From Candidatus Micrarchaeia archaeon (GTDB taxonomy: Archaea; Micrarchaeota; Micrarchaeia; CABMEP01): DNA of 64,000 nt. The translations under genes were made by a program, and so were the position numbers. Where the stretch lies: the NCBI GenBank assembly GCA_038886535.1, contig JAVZXS010000001.1:180636-244635 (forward strand), read 5' to 3'. The notes under the pieces are model-generated. The model was not told the origin of the DNA. It saw nothing but the letters and a program-made list of their open reading frames with translations, and did not search any database. Shown piece by piece: positions 39,012 through 49,399 of the stretch (its first letter is position 1; each line of letters starts with the position of its first letter).

Positions 39012-41054
39012 ATGATTCAACCAGATCTTTCTCCAATAACTCAAAAATTCGAAGAATTCTTTACAGACAAATATAGTAAGGAGTTTCAGATCTTGAAGAA
39101 TCTTTATCCGGAGAAAAGAAGTTTTTATTTTTCATATAAAGAATTGCACAAATATGACCATGAATTCGCAGAGAAATTAATTGACAATCCAGATACATAT
39201 TTAAAGGCAGCAGAATTAGCTCTCATTTCTATGGCTGGAGAAGAAAAGAAAAACTTTGAACCTCATGCGAGAGTTGAAGAAGTTGAGACAGCTGAAAAAA
39301 CAGTTCTAATTCAAGACATAGGATCAGAACATATTCATAAATTGATAAGTGTAACAGGTGTGGTAACAAAACGTGCAGAAATAAGACCAAAAGTGAATGT
39401 TGCAATTTATAATTGTACAAACTGTGGAAATACTGAGAAGGTTGTAATGGAGAAAGGAGTATATATTCCAGATACATGTAGCAACTGTAGAAAAAGAACT
39501 CTTGAACTTGATGAAAAAGCCTCAAAATTTATGAATATTCAGCGTGCAGAAATACAAGAACTTCTTGAAAGAGTAAGGAGCGGTTCTCCAGCAAGCCATA
39601 TCGAGCTTTTCTTAGATGATGATCTTTGTAATACAATAATCCCTGGGGATACAATTGAAGTTGTAGGAATTGTAAGATTAAGGCACGTAGGTAAGGCAAA
39701 AGATCCTATCTATTCAAAGTATATAGATGTAGTTTCAATAAGAAATACTCAAAGAGAATTTGAAGAAGTTGAATTGACAAAAGAAGATATTAAAAAAATA
39801 CAGGAATTTGCAAGGCAACCTAATGTATTTGAGATAATAACTAACTCAATTGCTCCTTCAATTTATGGTCATAGAGAGATGAAGCAAGCAATTGCACTTC
39901 AATTATTTGGAGGGAATCCAGATAAAGTTCTTCCAGAAGGTGGAAGAATAAGAAGTGACATCCATATATTATTAATAGGAGATCCTGGTGCTGCAAAGAC
40001 AAGGATGCTTCAATATGTGACTTCATTGGCACCTAAGAGCATTTATGTAAGTGGTAAGTCGGTATCAGGGGTAGGTCTTACTGCGAGTGCAGAGAAAGAC
40101 GATTTAGGAGAGGGCTGGACGCTCAAGGCAGGAGCATTAGTCCTTGCATCAGGAGGTCTTGCAGCTGTCGATGAGTTTGATAAAATAGACGATACAGAAA
40201 GAGCAGCTCTCCATGAAGTAATGGAGTCTGGAACCGTTTCAATAGCAAAAGCAGGAATTGTTGCTAAGTTCAAGGCAAAAACATCAATTCTTGCAGCTGC
40301 AAATCCTAAATTCGGAAGATTTGATCCTAATCAGCTTATTGCAATTCAATTCGATATTCCACCAACTCTTCAAAGTAGATTTGATTTAATATTTCCAATT
40401 AGAGATGTAATAGATGAGAATTCAGATAGAAAATTAGCAAGATACCTTTTAGAAACACACAAAAATGCAGCAGAGAATATAATTCCAGAGTCTAAAGAAG
40501 AAAAAGTTGATACTGATTTCTTGAGGAAGTATATTGCTTACGCACGGAAAAACATCAAGCCTAAACTATCACCAGAAGCTCAGAATAGGATCGAGTCATT
40601 TTATGTTCAATTAAGAGAGATGGGTAAAAGACAGGGTGCAGTTCCAATTACTCCGCGTCAAATTGAAGGTATAATTCGTTTAAGCGAGGCAAGTGCAAAG
40701 TCAAGGCTGTCTGAAGTTGTTGAGCTTAGAGACGCAGAGCTTGCAATTAGCTTAATGGAATATGTACTAAAAGAGATTGCTTTGGATAGAAGCACAGGTG
40801 CAATCAACATAGATATAATTGCAACAGGTCAACCTAAATCAAAACAGCAACAGTACTATGATTTATATGGTGCTATGAGGGAATTAAGCAAGCAATTTGA
40901 TCCAATACCTAAAGAAAAAATATACGAAGAAGGAATTAACAACCTGAAGCTTGAAGAAAGAACAATAAGAATGATTTTGGATGAAATGCTTAAGAAAGGA
41001 GAGATCTTTGAACCTAAGCCAGGCCACTTTAAGATAGTGCACACGTATGAATAA
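39012..41054 (+). CDS. mcm: MCM replicative helicase
   Basis: C4 zinc finger CTNCGN..CSNCRK, Walker A GDPGAAKT, Walker B VDEFDKI, arginine finger SRFDL, C-terminal wH. Confidence 0.9.
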   Translation: MIQPDLSPITQKFEEFFTDKYSKEFQILKNLYPEKRSFYFSYKELHKYDHEFAEKLIDNPDTYLKAAELALISMAGEEKKNFEPHARVEEVETAEKTVLIQDIGSEHIHKLISVTGVVTKRAEIRPKVNVAIYNCTNCGNTEKVVMEKGVYIPDTCSNCRKRTLELDEKASKFMNIQRAEIQELLERVRSGSPASHIELFLDDDLCNTIIPGDTIEVVGIVRLRHVGKAKDPIYSKYIDVVSIRNTQREFEEVELTKEDIKKIQEFARQPNVFEIITNSIAPSIYGHREMKQAIALQLFGGNPDKVLPEGGRIRSDIHILLIGDPGAAKTRMLQYVTSLAPKSIYVSGKSVSGVGLTASAEKDDLGEGWTLKAGALVLASGGLAAVDEFDKIDDTERAALHEVMESGTVSIAKAGIVAKFKAKTSILAAANPKFGRFDPNQLIAIQFDIPPTLQSRFDLIFPIRDVIDENSDRKLARYLLETHKNAAENIIPESKEEKVDTDFLRKYIAYARKNIKPKLSPEAQNRIESFYVQLREMGKRQGAVPITPRQIEGIIRLSEASAKSRLSEVVELRDAELAISLMEYVLKEIALDRSTGAINIDIIATGQPKSKQQQYYDLYGAMRELSKQFDPIPKEKIYEEGINNLKLEERTIRMILDEMLKKGEIFEPKPGHFKIVHTYE

Positions 41055-41161
41055 CTAATCTAACAATTGATATGCTTCTAATTTTGAATATTATTTTAAA
41101 TTTATCATTTCAAATAAAAAATAAGAGAATAATATGAGTTAATGTCAGATTAATTATTTAA

Positions 41162-42052
41162 GTGATTAGAATGAAGGCATTAGATATTGTTTTGATTTTG
41201 TTTCTGTTGGCGCAGCTAATTTCGTTAGGCGTTGGCGTTCTTCTTATTGAGGGAGCGAAAACAAATCCGGCTCTTTCTGCATTGAACATTGCTCCAGACG
41301 AATCTTATTCAATATCAAATTCGTTCTATCTTTTAATCTCAATTCTTATAGGTGCAGCTTTGATACTAATTCTATTATTAATGCCTTTCAAAAAATACTT
41401 GATACTCATAGTTGAATTTATCTCAGCTATGTTTGCTTCATTCGTCGTCTTTTTCGTTTTCCTATCTGCATTTAATATAAGCTATGCAGATTTTATAGCA
41501 CTTATACTTTCTTTATTATTGTTTATATTAAGGATGGTTTTCATTTCTTTCAGGAATCTTCTTGCAATAATTGCGGCAGCAGGCATAGGTGCAGTGATCG
41601 CATTCTCAATTGATCCGATTCCTTTATTTATATTCGTTATCTTACTTGCAATTTATGATATACTCGCTGTAAGATGGACGAAGCATATGGTAAAGTTCGC
41701 CCAGTACTTTATGAAAGAGAAGACATCTTTTTCAATTGGATTTGAAGGAATAAGACAAATAAAGGTCAGGGAAGAAGGAAAGATAATAACTAAGGAACAG
41801 CCTTGGCATATCGAACTGGGAACAGGTGATGCTGCTGTTGCGTCCATGATAACAGTAGTATCTTATAAGCTTGGAGGCTTAATCTTTCCAACTGTTTCAA
41901 TGCTTGCTGCAACATTTGGACTTTATCTAGTTTTTGTTAATGCAGCCAGAAGGAAAGAGATAATGCCAGCCCTACCATTCATTGTTGGAGCATCACTCAT
42001 TGCAATATTAATAGTTTCAGGATTGCTGAGTATATTAAATATATCTTTTTAA
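41162..42052 (+). CDS. Presenilin / signal-peptide-peptidase family intramembrane aspartyl protease homologue
   Basis: Polytopic protein with YD (LAIYDILAV), GxGD (ELGTGDAAV) and PAL (MPALPF) motifs in the canonical order. Confidence 0.65.
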   Translation: MIRMKALDIVLILFLLAQLISLGVGVLLIEGAKTNPALSALNIAPDESYSISNSFYLLISILIGAALILILLLMPFKKYLILIVEFISAMFASFVVFFVFLSAFNISYADFIALILSLLLFILRMVFISFRNLLAIIAAAGIGAVIAFSIDPIPLFIFVILLAIYDILAVRWTKHMVKFAQYFMKEKTSFSIGFEGIRQIKVREEGKIITKEQPWHIELGTGDAAVASMITVVSYKLGGLIFPTVSMLAATFGLYLVFVNAARRKEIMPALPFIVGASLIAILIVSGLLSILNISF

Positions 42053-42151
42053 TTTACTTTGCTTAAATAAATGCAGCAGCACGGTAAGGCTTATTCTTTA
42101 TAAACCTTCATAACAATATTATAATACTGTAAATATTTAGTTTGTGATTTT

Positions 42152-42574
42152 ATGAGCATCGATGTAAATGATTATGAAAAATTGCTAGATAAGGCATATT
42201 CAGAACTTCCAGAAAAAAGAGTTACAAAAGAACGTTTAGAAATTCCACTTCCAGAGACGCTTGTTCAAGGAAATAGGACTATAGTAAAGAATTTTGAATC
42301 AATAACCAACAAGATGAGAAGAGATCCAAGGCATGTTGGAAAGTTCCTTGCAAAGGAATTGGCAACAAGTTTTAATATAGAAGGAGGAAAGCTTGTCTTA
42401 AATACAAAAGTTAATGATAAGCTCTTAAATGAAAAGCTCAAGCAATACATGGAGATATTCCTCTACTGCAAGCAATGCAAGCTTCCAGATACAAGGTTAG
42501 AAGAGGTTGAAAGAGGCCTTATGTTAATGGTTTGCGAAGCATGCGGTGCTCGTTCGTCAGTTCCAAAAGTCTGA
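42152..42574 (+). CDS. eif2b: Translation initiation factor 2 beta subunit
   Basis: Whole-length similarity. C-terminal zinc ribbon CKQC...CEACG. Confidence 0.85.
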   Translation: MSIDVNDYEKLLDKAYSELPEKRVTKERLEIPLPETLVQGNRTIVKNFESITNKMRRDPRHVGKFLAKELATSFNIEGGKLVLNTKVNDKLLNEKLKQYMEIFLYCKQCKLPDTRLEEVERGLMLMVCEACGARSSVPKV

Positions 42575-42617
42575 TTAATTATATTTATTAGTTTATTTCA
42601 TTTAATATGGTGGTTTA

Positions 42618-42923
42618 TTGACAGAACAAAATCAAGGAGAACAGGTACTTAGAGTTAGAACGCCTAAAGATAAGGAGGTTTTGGGCCTTATTATCGGAAG
42701 AGTAGGTGGAAGTAGATTCATAGTGTTATGCTCAGATAAGAAAGAAAGACTTTGCAGGGTGCCAGGAAAAATAAAACATGACATCTGGGTTAAGGAAGGG
42801 GATTATGTTATAGTAGAGCCATGGGCAATTGAGAGCGATAAGAAAGGAGACATAATTTGGAGATATACAAAGATTCAAGCAGATTGGCTTAGAAGACACG
42901 GATTTTTGAAGGATCTCGAATAA
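42618..42923 (+). CDS. eif1a: Translation initiation factor 1A
   Basis: RVRTPKDKEV...RLCRVPGKIKHDIWVKEGDYVIVEPW...DIIWRYTKIQADWLRRHGFL is highly conserved aIF1A sequence. Confidence 0.9.
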   Translation: MTEQNQGEQVLRVRTPKDKEVLGLIIGRVGGSRFIVLCSDKKERLCRVPGKIKHDIWVKEGDYVIVEPWAIESDKKGDIIWRYTKIQADWLRRHGFLKDLE

Positions 42924-42933
42924 TCTCATATCT

Positions 42934-43767
42934 TTGTTTCCTATTGTTAGATTTGGGATGATTATGCCTCTTGATGAATTCGAATTTTTAGATAAGGCAA
43001 TAAAAGCAAAGAAAGAAAAGAAAAAGATCGAGAGTGAAGTTTTTGATCCGAAGGTTTTAGACATCTTGATTCATCTTTTAAATAACAAGTATATAGAGAG
43101 CATAGACTTTCCAATTTCAAAAGGAAAGGAAGCATATGTTTTCAGAGCAACTAAGGGAAGCAAACTCCTGAATCAAGATTTAAAGAAGAAAAAGTCTAAG
43201 TTTGCTGCTTTAAAGATATATATGATAGAAACATCTGACTTTAAGCACATGCAGAATTATATAAGAGGGGATCCAAGATTTAGAAAAGTACCGCATTCCA
43301 AGAAAGAGATAGTATATGAATGGACTAAAAAGGAATTTAGGAATCTAAGACTTTGCTATGAAGAGGGAATAAGTGTTCCAGAGCCATATTACTTTAGAAA
43401 TAATGTTCTTTTAATGGATTTTATAGGAGATGAAAACGGCACTCCAGCCCCTTTGCTTAAAAAAGTAGGACCGCCAGAGCCAAAGAAAAATTTCAATCAA
43501 ATAATAAAGGAAATAAAGAAGCTTTATTCGATTGGACTTGTACACAGTGATCTAAGCGAATACAACATTCTTGTAACTACAGATTCAGAAGGGAAAAAAA
43601 GTAAGCTACATATAATAGATGTGGGACAAACTGTGTTATTAGATCATCCAATGGCTAACGAATTTTTTGAAAGGGATATTAGAAATCTAGTAAGATATTT
43701 CTCAGAATTTGGTGTTAAGGCAGATGCAGATAAAATAATAAAAGAGATAAAAGAAACAAAAAGATAG
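42934..43767 (+). CDS. RIO-type serine/threonine kinase (Rio1-like)
   Basis: LVHSDLSEYNILV catalytic loop and IDVGQTV metal-binding loop. The conserved position after aIF1A supports the call. Confidence 0.8.
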   Translation: MFPIVRFGMIMPLDEFEFLDKAIKAKKEKKKIESEVFDPKVLDILIHLLNNKYIESIDFPISKGKEAYVFRATKGSKLLNQDLKKKKSKFAALKIYMIETSDFKHMQNYIRGDPRFRKVPHSKKEIVYEWTKKEFRNLRLCYEEGISVPEPYYFRNNVLLMDFIGDENGTPAPLLKKVGPPEPKKNFNQIIKEIKKLYSIGLVHSDLSEYNILVTTDSEGKKSKLHIIDVGQTVLLDHPMANEFFERDIRNLVRYFSEFGVKADADKIIKEIKETKR

Positions 43768-43782
43768 TTTTTAGTTATTTCT

Positions 43783-44103
43783 TTATTTTTTTAACCTCAT
43801 TATTGCCTCTGCAACATCACCATTACTTTCTTCTAACGCCTTCCTTGCGGTTTCTTCATCTACTCCCGCTTGATTAGATACTAATTCTATATCTTCTTTT
43901 GACACCATCATTTCTTCTTTTATTTCTTCAGCACTTATCTGGAAAGAGATATCTCCTTTTGCATTTATCTTTATTATTTTTGGATTGTTAAGAATTATCT
44001 TTTTGTCATCCTGTTCAATTATAACTCGATTTGCAGATATTTCTTCCGTATCAATTCCCATCTGTTTCATCATTCTTTGAAGTTGTCTTGGATCTATTTG
44101 CAT
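43783..44103 (-). CDS. nac: Nascent polypeptide-associated complex protein (NAC domain plus UBA)
   Basis: MQIDPRQLQRMMKQMGI..., and a C-terminal UBA-like EETARKALEESNGDVAEAIMRL. Confidence 0.85.
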   Translation of the reverse strand: MQIDPRQLQRMMKQMGIDTEEISANRVIIEQDDKKIILNNPKIIKINAKGDISFQISAEEIKEEMMVSKEDIELVSNQAGVDEETARKALEESNGDVAEAIMRLKK

Positions 44104-44155
44104 ATAATCACTTGCTTATAAATTATTTATGAAGGTTAAAAAACTTTTACTCTTA

Positions 44156-44163
44156 TTTATATA
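44156..44163 (+). promoter_or_regulatory. TATA-box-like TTTATATA about 20-26 nt upstream of tRNA-Cys
   Basis: Archaeal promoter-like element read directly. Confidence 0.35.
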
Positions 44164-44181
44164 GTATCAATTCTTTTTGTT

Positions 44182-44252
44182 GCCAGGTTGGCAGAGCGGC
44201 GATGCACCCGCCTGCAGAGCGGGAAAGGGGGGTTCGACTCCCTCACCTGGCT
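44182..44252 (+). tRNA. tRNA-Cys (anticodon GCA)
   Basis: Acceptor GCCAGGT/ACCTGGC, anticodon arm CCCGC-CTGCAGA-GCGGG, T-arm GGGGG-TTCGACT-CCCTC. Confidence 0.8.
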
Positions 44253-44295
44253 TTTTCTTCTTGTAAGTTACTCAATTTATTCTATAGGTTTAGTT

Positions 44296-44619
44296 ATGGA
44301 AAAAGAGATGAATCACGTTTCAAACAAAATAAAAGCTAGAATAATAGTTTCTGGTTCTGTTCAGGGCGTAGGATACCGATTTAGGACAGCAAGGCAAGCT
44401 CGAAAATTAGGAATAAGAGGTTTTGTAAGAAATCTAGATAATAATGATGTTGAGATTTTTTGTGAAGCCGATTCAAAGGAGCAGTTCGATGAATTTATAA
44501 GACAGATTTCTTTGAATGAATTTTTAATAGTAGTCGAAGAAGTTAAGGTTTTCTTTCCTTCAGATAAAAATTATATCGATTATAAGTTAAAAGAAGATCT
44601 ATTCTACATTGAATACTGA
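44296..44619 (+). CDS. acyP: Acylphosphatase
   Basis: IIVSGSVQGVGYRFRTARQARKLGIRGFVRNLDNNDVEI matches the acylphosphatase signatures. The listed ORF start at 44188 lies inside the tRNA, so the start is reassigned to the ATG at 44296. Confidence 0.8.
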   Translation: MEKEMNHVSNKIKARIIVSGSVQGVGYRFRTARQARKLGIRGFVRNLDNNDVEIFCEADSKEQFDEFIRQISLNEFLIVVEEVKVFFPSDKNYIDYKLKEDLFYIEY

Positions 44620-44660
44620 TTTTTTTTAATTATAATACCCGAAAAGTTTTTATATGTGTT

Positions 44661-45539
44661 TTGTTTCTTTATCAGTGTTATTTAAATTTTAGTGGTGGTA
44701 AGATGGAAAACTTTAAAAAGGTAAAAGAGGAGAGATCTGAAAAAGAGATTGAATCATTTAAAGACATGAAAAAAGATGACATCTCTAAAATAGAGGATTA
44801 TGATGAAAAAAGAGATCAAAAGCTGTGGGACTTCTATTACGCAATTGTAGACAATGATATAAAAACGATAAAGGAATTTTTAAAGGAAGGTTTTAGTCCT
44901 AATGAAGAACTTCCATTTCCATCAGAAAATACAGTATTCTTTGAATCCCTTCCTTATGTGTCTTTGGAAGCACTTGAAATTCTGTACAATCATGGAGCAC
45001 AAGTTGTAGAATATGATTCTGACGGAAACGTTTTTCATACAGCTTTTCAAGAATTGATAGCTTTAGACAGACCCGAAATAATTGAAAAATTGATTGATTT
45101 AGGTGCAGATTGGAAGGTTAAGAATTTGGGTTGCTCAATGTTATATTATGCATCTAGCTCCGCAAGTTCTCTAAAGGTATTTCTTGAGAAAACAGATCTT
45201 GATGTAAACGAAGAAGCAGAAGATGGCACTACCCCAATTTACATGGCAGCTGTTCATCATGATAGAGATGCAATTAAGATGCTATTAGAACACGGTGCTT
45301 TAATAAACAAACAAGATAAAAATGGATTCACTGCTTTGCACCATATCTTCAAATCTGATGATTTAAGAGATGAAAACAAAAGAATAGAAGCGATTAGGCT
45401 ACTTCTTGAAAATGGCGCAGATCCAAATATAAAATCAAATGAAGGCAAAACACCTCTTGATTATGCTATCGAAAATAAGTTTCTAGAAGAGGCAGAGGTT
45501 TTGCGAAATAAAGGCGCAAAATTAGGGAAAGAAATCTAA
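44661..45539 (+). CDS. Ankyrin-repeat protein (likely start at MENFKK, about 44703)
   Basis: Several canonical ANK repeats (TPIYMAAVHHDRDAIKMLLEHGALINKQDKNGFTALHH, ...GKTPLDYAIENKFLEEAEVLRNKGA). Confidence 0.75.
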   Translation: MFLYQCYLNFSGGKMENFKKVKEERSEKEIESFKDMKKDDISKIEDYDEKRDQKLWDFYYAIVDNDIKTIKEFLKEGFSPNEELPFPSENTVFFESLPYVSLEALEILYNHGAQVVEYDSDGNVFHTAFQELIALDRPEIIEKLIDLGADWKVKNLGCSMLYYASSSASSLKVFLEKTDLDVNEEAEDGTTPIYMAAVHHDRDAIKMLLEHGALINKQDKNGFTALHHIFKSDDLRDENKRIEAIRLLLENGADPNIKSNEGKTPLDYAIENKFLEEAEVLRNKGAKLGKEI

Positions 45540-45590
45540 TTTTTCTATCATCTTTTTATATTTTTTTGCTCATTTTTTATTTGTGATCCT

Positions 45591-47006
45591 ATGCTAGTTT
45601 ATAATACATTATCAAGAAAACTTGAGCATTTCAAACCTTTGGAAGATAATCATGTAAAAATGTATTGTTGTGGCCCAACTGTATATAACTATGCTCATCT
45701 AGGAAATCTTCGTGCATTTACATTTTATGATGTAGTAAGAAGAACTTTAATCCATAAAGGATACAAACTCACTTTTGTGATGAATCTTACAGATGTCGAC
45801 GATAAAACAATAAAAGGTTCGCAGCAGGAGGGAATCTCTCTAAAAGAATTTACAGAAAGATACATCCAAATTTTCTTTAAGGATCTTGAGACATTGAACA
45901 TAAAGAAAGCAGATATCCATCCAAAGGCTACAGAACATATAAAAGAGATGGTAAATCTAATAAAAAGGTTGATGAATCTTGGAATTGCATACAAAGGCGC
46001 AGACGGTTCAATATATTATAAAGTTTCTGCATTTAAAGAATACGGTAAACTTTCTCATATGGATATTTCACAGCTTAAGGCAGGGGCCAGTGGAAGAGTA
46101 AGTGCAGACGAATATGCAAAAGACCAAGTTTTTGATTTTGCACTATGGAAGGCATGGACTCCTGAAGATGGAGATGTTTATTGGGATACTGAAATAGGAA
46201 GAGGGAGACCTGGTTGGCATATAGAATGTTCAGCAATGTCAATGAAGTACCTAGGAGAGTCTTTTGATATACATTGTGGGGGAGTCGATCTGATCTTTCC
46301 ACACCATGAAAATGAGATTGCACAGTCAGAGGGAGCAACAGGAAAGCCATTTGTAAAATATTGGCTACATAATGCACATATTCTCATAAATGGTCAAAAG
46401 ATGTCAAAGTCATTAGGTAATTTCTGGACCCTTAAAGATGTTCTTGATAAGGGAGTAAAGCCAGAAGCAGTTAGATTCCTATTCATTTCATCCCACTATA
46501 GGGAACAATTAAATCTCTCAATGGAAGCACTCGAAGCTGCACAGAATTCAGTCAATAGGATTTTTGAATTCATGCGAAACCTTGATCGAGTAAAGAATGA
46601 ATATAATAATCCAGATGTAAAGCAAATTATAGAAGACGCAAAGAATAAATTTGATATGGCATTGGAAAATGATTTCAATACTCCTCAAGCAATCGCAATA
46701 GTATTTGATTTTATCAAAGAAATAAATATTCTTATGAATGAAAAATTATTAGGAATCGATAATGCAAGAGAAGTAAAGAAGGCAATGTTTTATTTCGATG
46801 AGGTTTTAGGAATCCTTGACTATATGAAGAAAAAAGAAGAACAACTTCCTATTCCAAAGGAAGAAATTGAAAGATTAATACAAGAAAGAAATGAGGCAAG
46901 GAAGCAAAAAGATTTTGCTAAGGCAGATGAAATAAGAAATAAGCTTAAAGAAAAGGGAATCCTGCTTGATGATACTAAAGAAGGAACAGTTTGGAAACTC
47001 GCTTAA
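45591..47006 (+). CDS. cysS: Cysteinyl-tRNA synthetase
   Basis: HIGH region [28 protein letters not shown], zinc-binding Cys/His positions. Confidence 0.9.
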   Translation: MLVYNTLSRKLEHFKPLEDNHVKMYCCGPTVYNYAHLGNLRAFTFYDVVRRTLIHKGYKLTFVMNLTDVDDKTIKGSQQEGISLKEFTERYIQIFFKDLETLNIKKADIHPKATEHIKEMVNLIKRLMNLGIAYKGADGSIYYKVSAFKEYGKLSHMDISQLKAGASGRVSADEYAKDQVFDFALWKAWTPEDGDVYWDTEIGRGRPGWHIECSAMSMKYLGESFDIHCGGVDLIFPHHENEIAQSEGATGKPFVKYWLHNAHILINGQKMSKSLGNFWTLKDVLDKGVKPEAVRFLFISSHYREQLNLSMEALEAAQNSVNRIFEFMRNLDRVKNEYNNPDVKQIIEDAKNKFDMALENDFNTPQAIAIVFDFIKEINILMNEKLLGIDNAREVKKAMFYFDEVLGILDYMKKKEEQLPIPKEEIERLIQERNEARKQKDFAKADEIRNKLKEKGILLDDTKEGTVWKLA

Positions 47007-47030
47007 TCTATATTTTCGTTTTTTCGTTAG

Positions 47031-48269
47031 TTGCCGAATAGAGATAGAAATATTTATATATTTCATCTGATTGTTTTAATCATGGGAATGTGGGAGTTCT
47101 TTAAGAAGAGAAAGGAACAAGAAAGATTAGACAAGAAAGATAGAGATCCATTCCAGAATAGGATTTCAGATTCAACTAATTTCAATACTAATTACTATAA
47201 TTTCGGCGTACCAAAAGAAGAGAGATATTATTTTTCAAATAATATTCCAACTCCAGAACAGATTGATTCTGTCAACTTAAATATACCGATAGATATTTCT
47301 AAAATGATAACCACATCTTCAACTCTTGATCATAGGATAGGTTCTATGATCCTTTCAAATATATTTTTAATTCCAAAAAATATGAAGAGAGTAGAAGATT
47401 CTTGGCCTTATTATCATGAAAACATTGAGACTAATAAGAAAATTCAGATAGAACTTATGGAAAGAAAAGCAAAGGAAGATCTAATTGCATTGAAGGGTAA
47501 GGGAAAGAAAGTAAGAAATCAATTCTATCAATTATTAAGAGAAAAAAGAGAGATCATGAATAACTATTATGAAGAATATTTAAAGATATTAAGTTCAAAT
47601 ATACAGAAAATAAGAGTAGAAATAATACCTATTGAAAAAGAAATTTCAGAATCAAAATACAAACTTAATGATATAAAACAGAAATTGAATGGAAATCGGG
47701 TAATGCAGTTGGAAAAGATCAAAGAATATAACCAGCTTTTAGATTCAAATGTTAAATCACTCACAAAAATAAAAGATGCCGTTAAAAATATTCTTTCTTT
47801 AAAGAAATTATGGCAGGCAGCACATATAGTTGCATCATATATAGTTGCATTTTTCGGTGCAACTGAATTGGTCAAGACAGAACAATTTAAATTATTTATC
47901 AAAGACAAACTAGCAAAATTTTCATTAGTTGGCGACTTTATATCAGCTAACTTTACCATAGTACAAGGTCTTGCTGCCGCATTAATCTTTTTAGTTACAG
48001 TTGGCATGTATGATAAATTTGTAATCGATTATCTAAAGAGAAGAGCTATTAAAAGAGAAATAAATGAATTAGCAAAGAAAGAAAGGGAATATACAGAGGA
48101 ACTTAATTCTATCGAACAAAAGATATCAGTACTAAAAGAAGAGAGAAATAATAAAGTAAAGTTAGAGATTCAAAGGACTGAACAAGATCTTGAATTTCTT
48201 TATGAAGAATACAAATCTCAAATGTCAGATATCCAAAAGCAGATGTCAGTGTTATTAAAAGAAGAATAG
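47031..48269 (+). CDS. Hypothetical coiled-coil protein with two internal hydrophobic helices
   Basis: ORF only. The true start is probably the internal MGMWEFF. Confidence 0.4.
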   Translation: MPNRDRNIYIFHLIVLIMGMWEFFKKRKEQERLDKKDRDPFQNRISDSTNFNTNYYNFGVPKEERYYFSNNIPTPEQIDSVNLNIPIDISKMITTSSTLDHRIGSMILSNIFLIPKNMKRVEDSWPYYHENIETNKKIQIELMERKAKEDLIALKGKGKKVRNQFYQLLREKREIMNNYYEEYLKILSSNIQKIRVEIIPIEKEISESKYKLNDIKQKLNGNRVMQLEKIKEYNQLLDSNVKSLTKIKDAVKNILSLKKLWQAAHIVASYIVAFFGATELVKTEQFKLFIKDKLAKFSLVGDFISANFTIVQGLAAALIFLVTVGMYDKFVIDYLKRRAIKREINELAKKEREYTEELNSIEQKISVLKEERNNKVKLEIQRTEQDLEFLYEEYKSQMSDIQKQMSVLLKEE

Positions 48270-48302
48270 CAAAAAATGTATAACAAAACTTTTATGCTTT
48301 GA

Positions 48303-49388
48303 TTAGATTTCAATATAGTCACTTATTTTTACTTCAGAAACATCTTTTTTCTTATTTTTATTTTTTAAATTAGAGATTTTTAACCCAATAAGTCTAATCT
48401 TTTTTTCAAATGGATAAAATTCAGATAATAGATTCAATCCTATTTTCTTTATATCCTCTTTTCTTTTTGAATACTGATCTAAAGTTATACTTCTTGTATG
48501 CGTTTCAAATCCTTTGAATCTCACTTTCAAAGTAACAGTTTTGAATTCTACATTCTCTTTTATACATTCATCTTGTAATTCACTACATATGGCATCAATC
48601 ACTTCAACTATCTCATCCATATTATCAGTATCTTTTTCAAAAGTATGTTCTCTGCTAAAAGATTTTGGAGAGTATTCAGTTATCAATTCAGAATCATCAA
48701 TTCCTCTTGCATAATAATATACATCTTCTCCAAATTTACCTAGCCATTCTTTTAATGTTAATTTACTAATCATCTTTAAGTCAGAGATCGTTTCTATATT
48801 TCTCTCTTTAAGAAATTCACTTGTCTTAGGTCCTATTCCAGGAATAACTCGCACGTTTAATGGATTTAAGAATTCGTCAACTTCATTTGGTTTTACTATA
48901 GTTAAACCATCTGGCTTATTGTAATCAGATGCAATTTTTGCAATTAATTTATTTGGTCCTATTCCGATCGAACAAGTTAAGCCCATTTTTCTTATTTCGT
49001 TTTTTATATTTTCTGTAATTTTCTTAGCATCTTCGTAATCGCCCGCGTGGCTTATATCAATATATGCTTCATCTATACTTGCTATTTCAATCTTGTTGCT
49101 GAATTTTTGCAATAATCTCATTACTTTATCTGAAATCTCTAAGTAGTATTCAAAGTCAACTGGAAGAAATATACATTGCGGACATTTACGATAAGCGATA
49201 GAGATAGGCATTCCTGATTTAATTCCGAATTTTCTTGCTTCATAAGAGGCAGTGCTCACGACACCTCTTCCTTTTCCTCCTTTTGGATCTGCACCTACGA
49301 TTATAGGCTTTCCTTTGAGCTCTGGTCTTCTCAATACTTCACATGCTGTAAAGAAACTATCCATATCTATATGCGCTATTATACGCAT
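48303..49388 (-). CDS. dbh: Y-family DNA polymerase IV (Dpo4/Dbh)
   Basis: N-terminal IIAHIDMDSFFTACE, and SIDEAYIDIS catalytic motifs. Confidence 0.9.
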   Translation of the reverse strand: MRIIAHIDMDSFFTACEVLRRPELKGKPIIVGADPKGGKGRGVVSTASYEARKFGIKSGMPISIAYRKCPQCIFLPVDFEYYLEISDKVMRLLQKFSNKIEIASIDEAYIDISHAGDYEDAKKITENIKNEIRKMGLTCSIGIGPNKLIAKIASDYNKPDGLTIVKPNEVDEFLNPLNVRVIPGIGPKTSEFLKERNIETISDLKMISKLTLKEWLGKFGEDVYYYARGIDDSELITEYSPKSFSREHTFEKDTDNMDEIVEVIDAICSELQDECIKENVEFKTVTLKVRFKGFETHTRSITLDQYSKRKEDIKKIGLNLLSEFYPFEKKIRLIGLKISNLKNKNKKKDVSEVKISDYIEI

Positions 49389-49399
49389 TTTTTCATCCT

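Noticed and set aside
44188-44295. N-terminal extension of the acylphosphatase ORF
   Set aside because: It would start inside tRNA-Cys, so the start was moved to the ATG at 44296.
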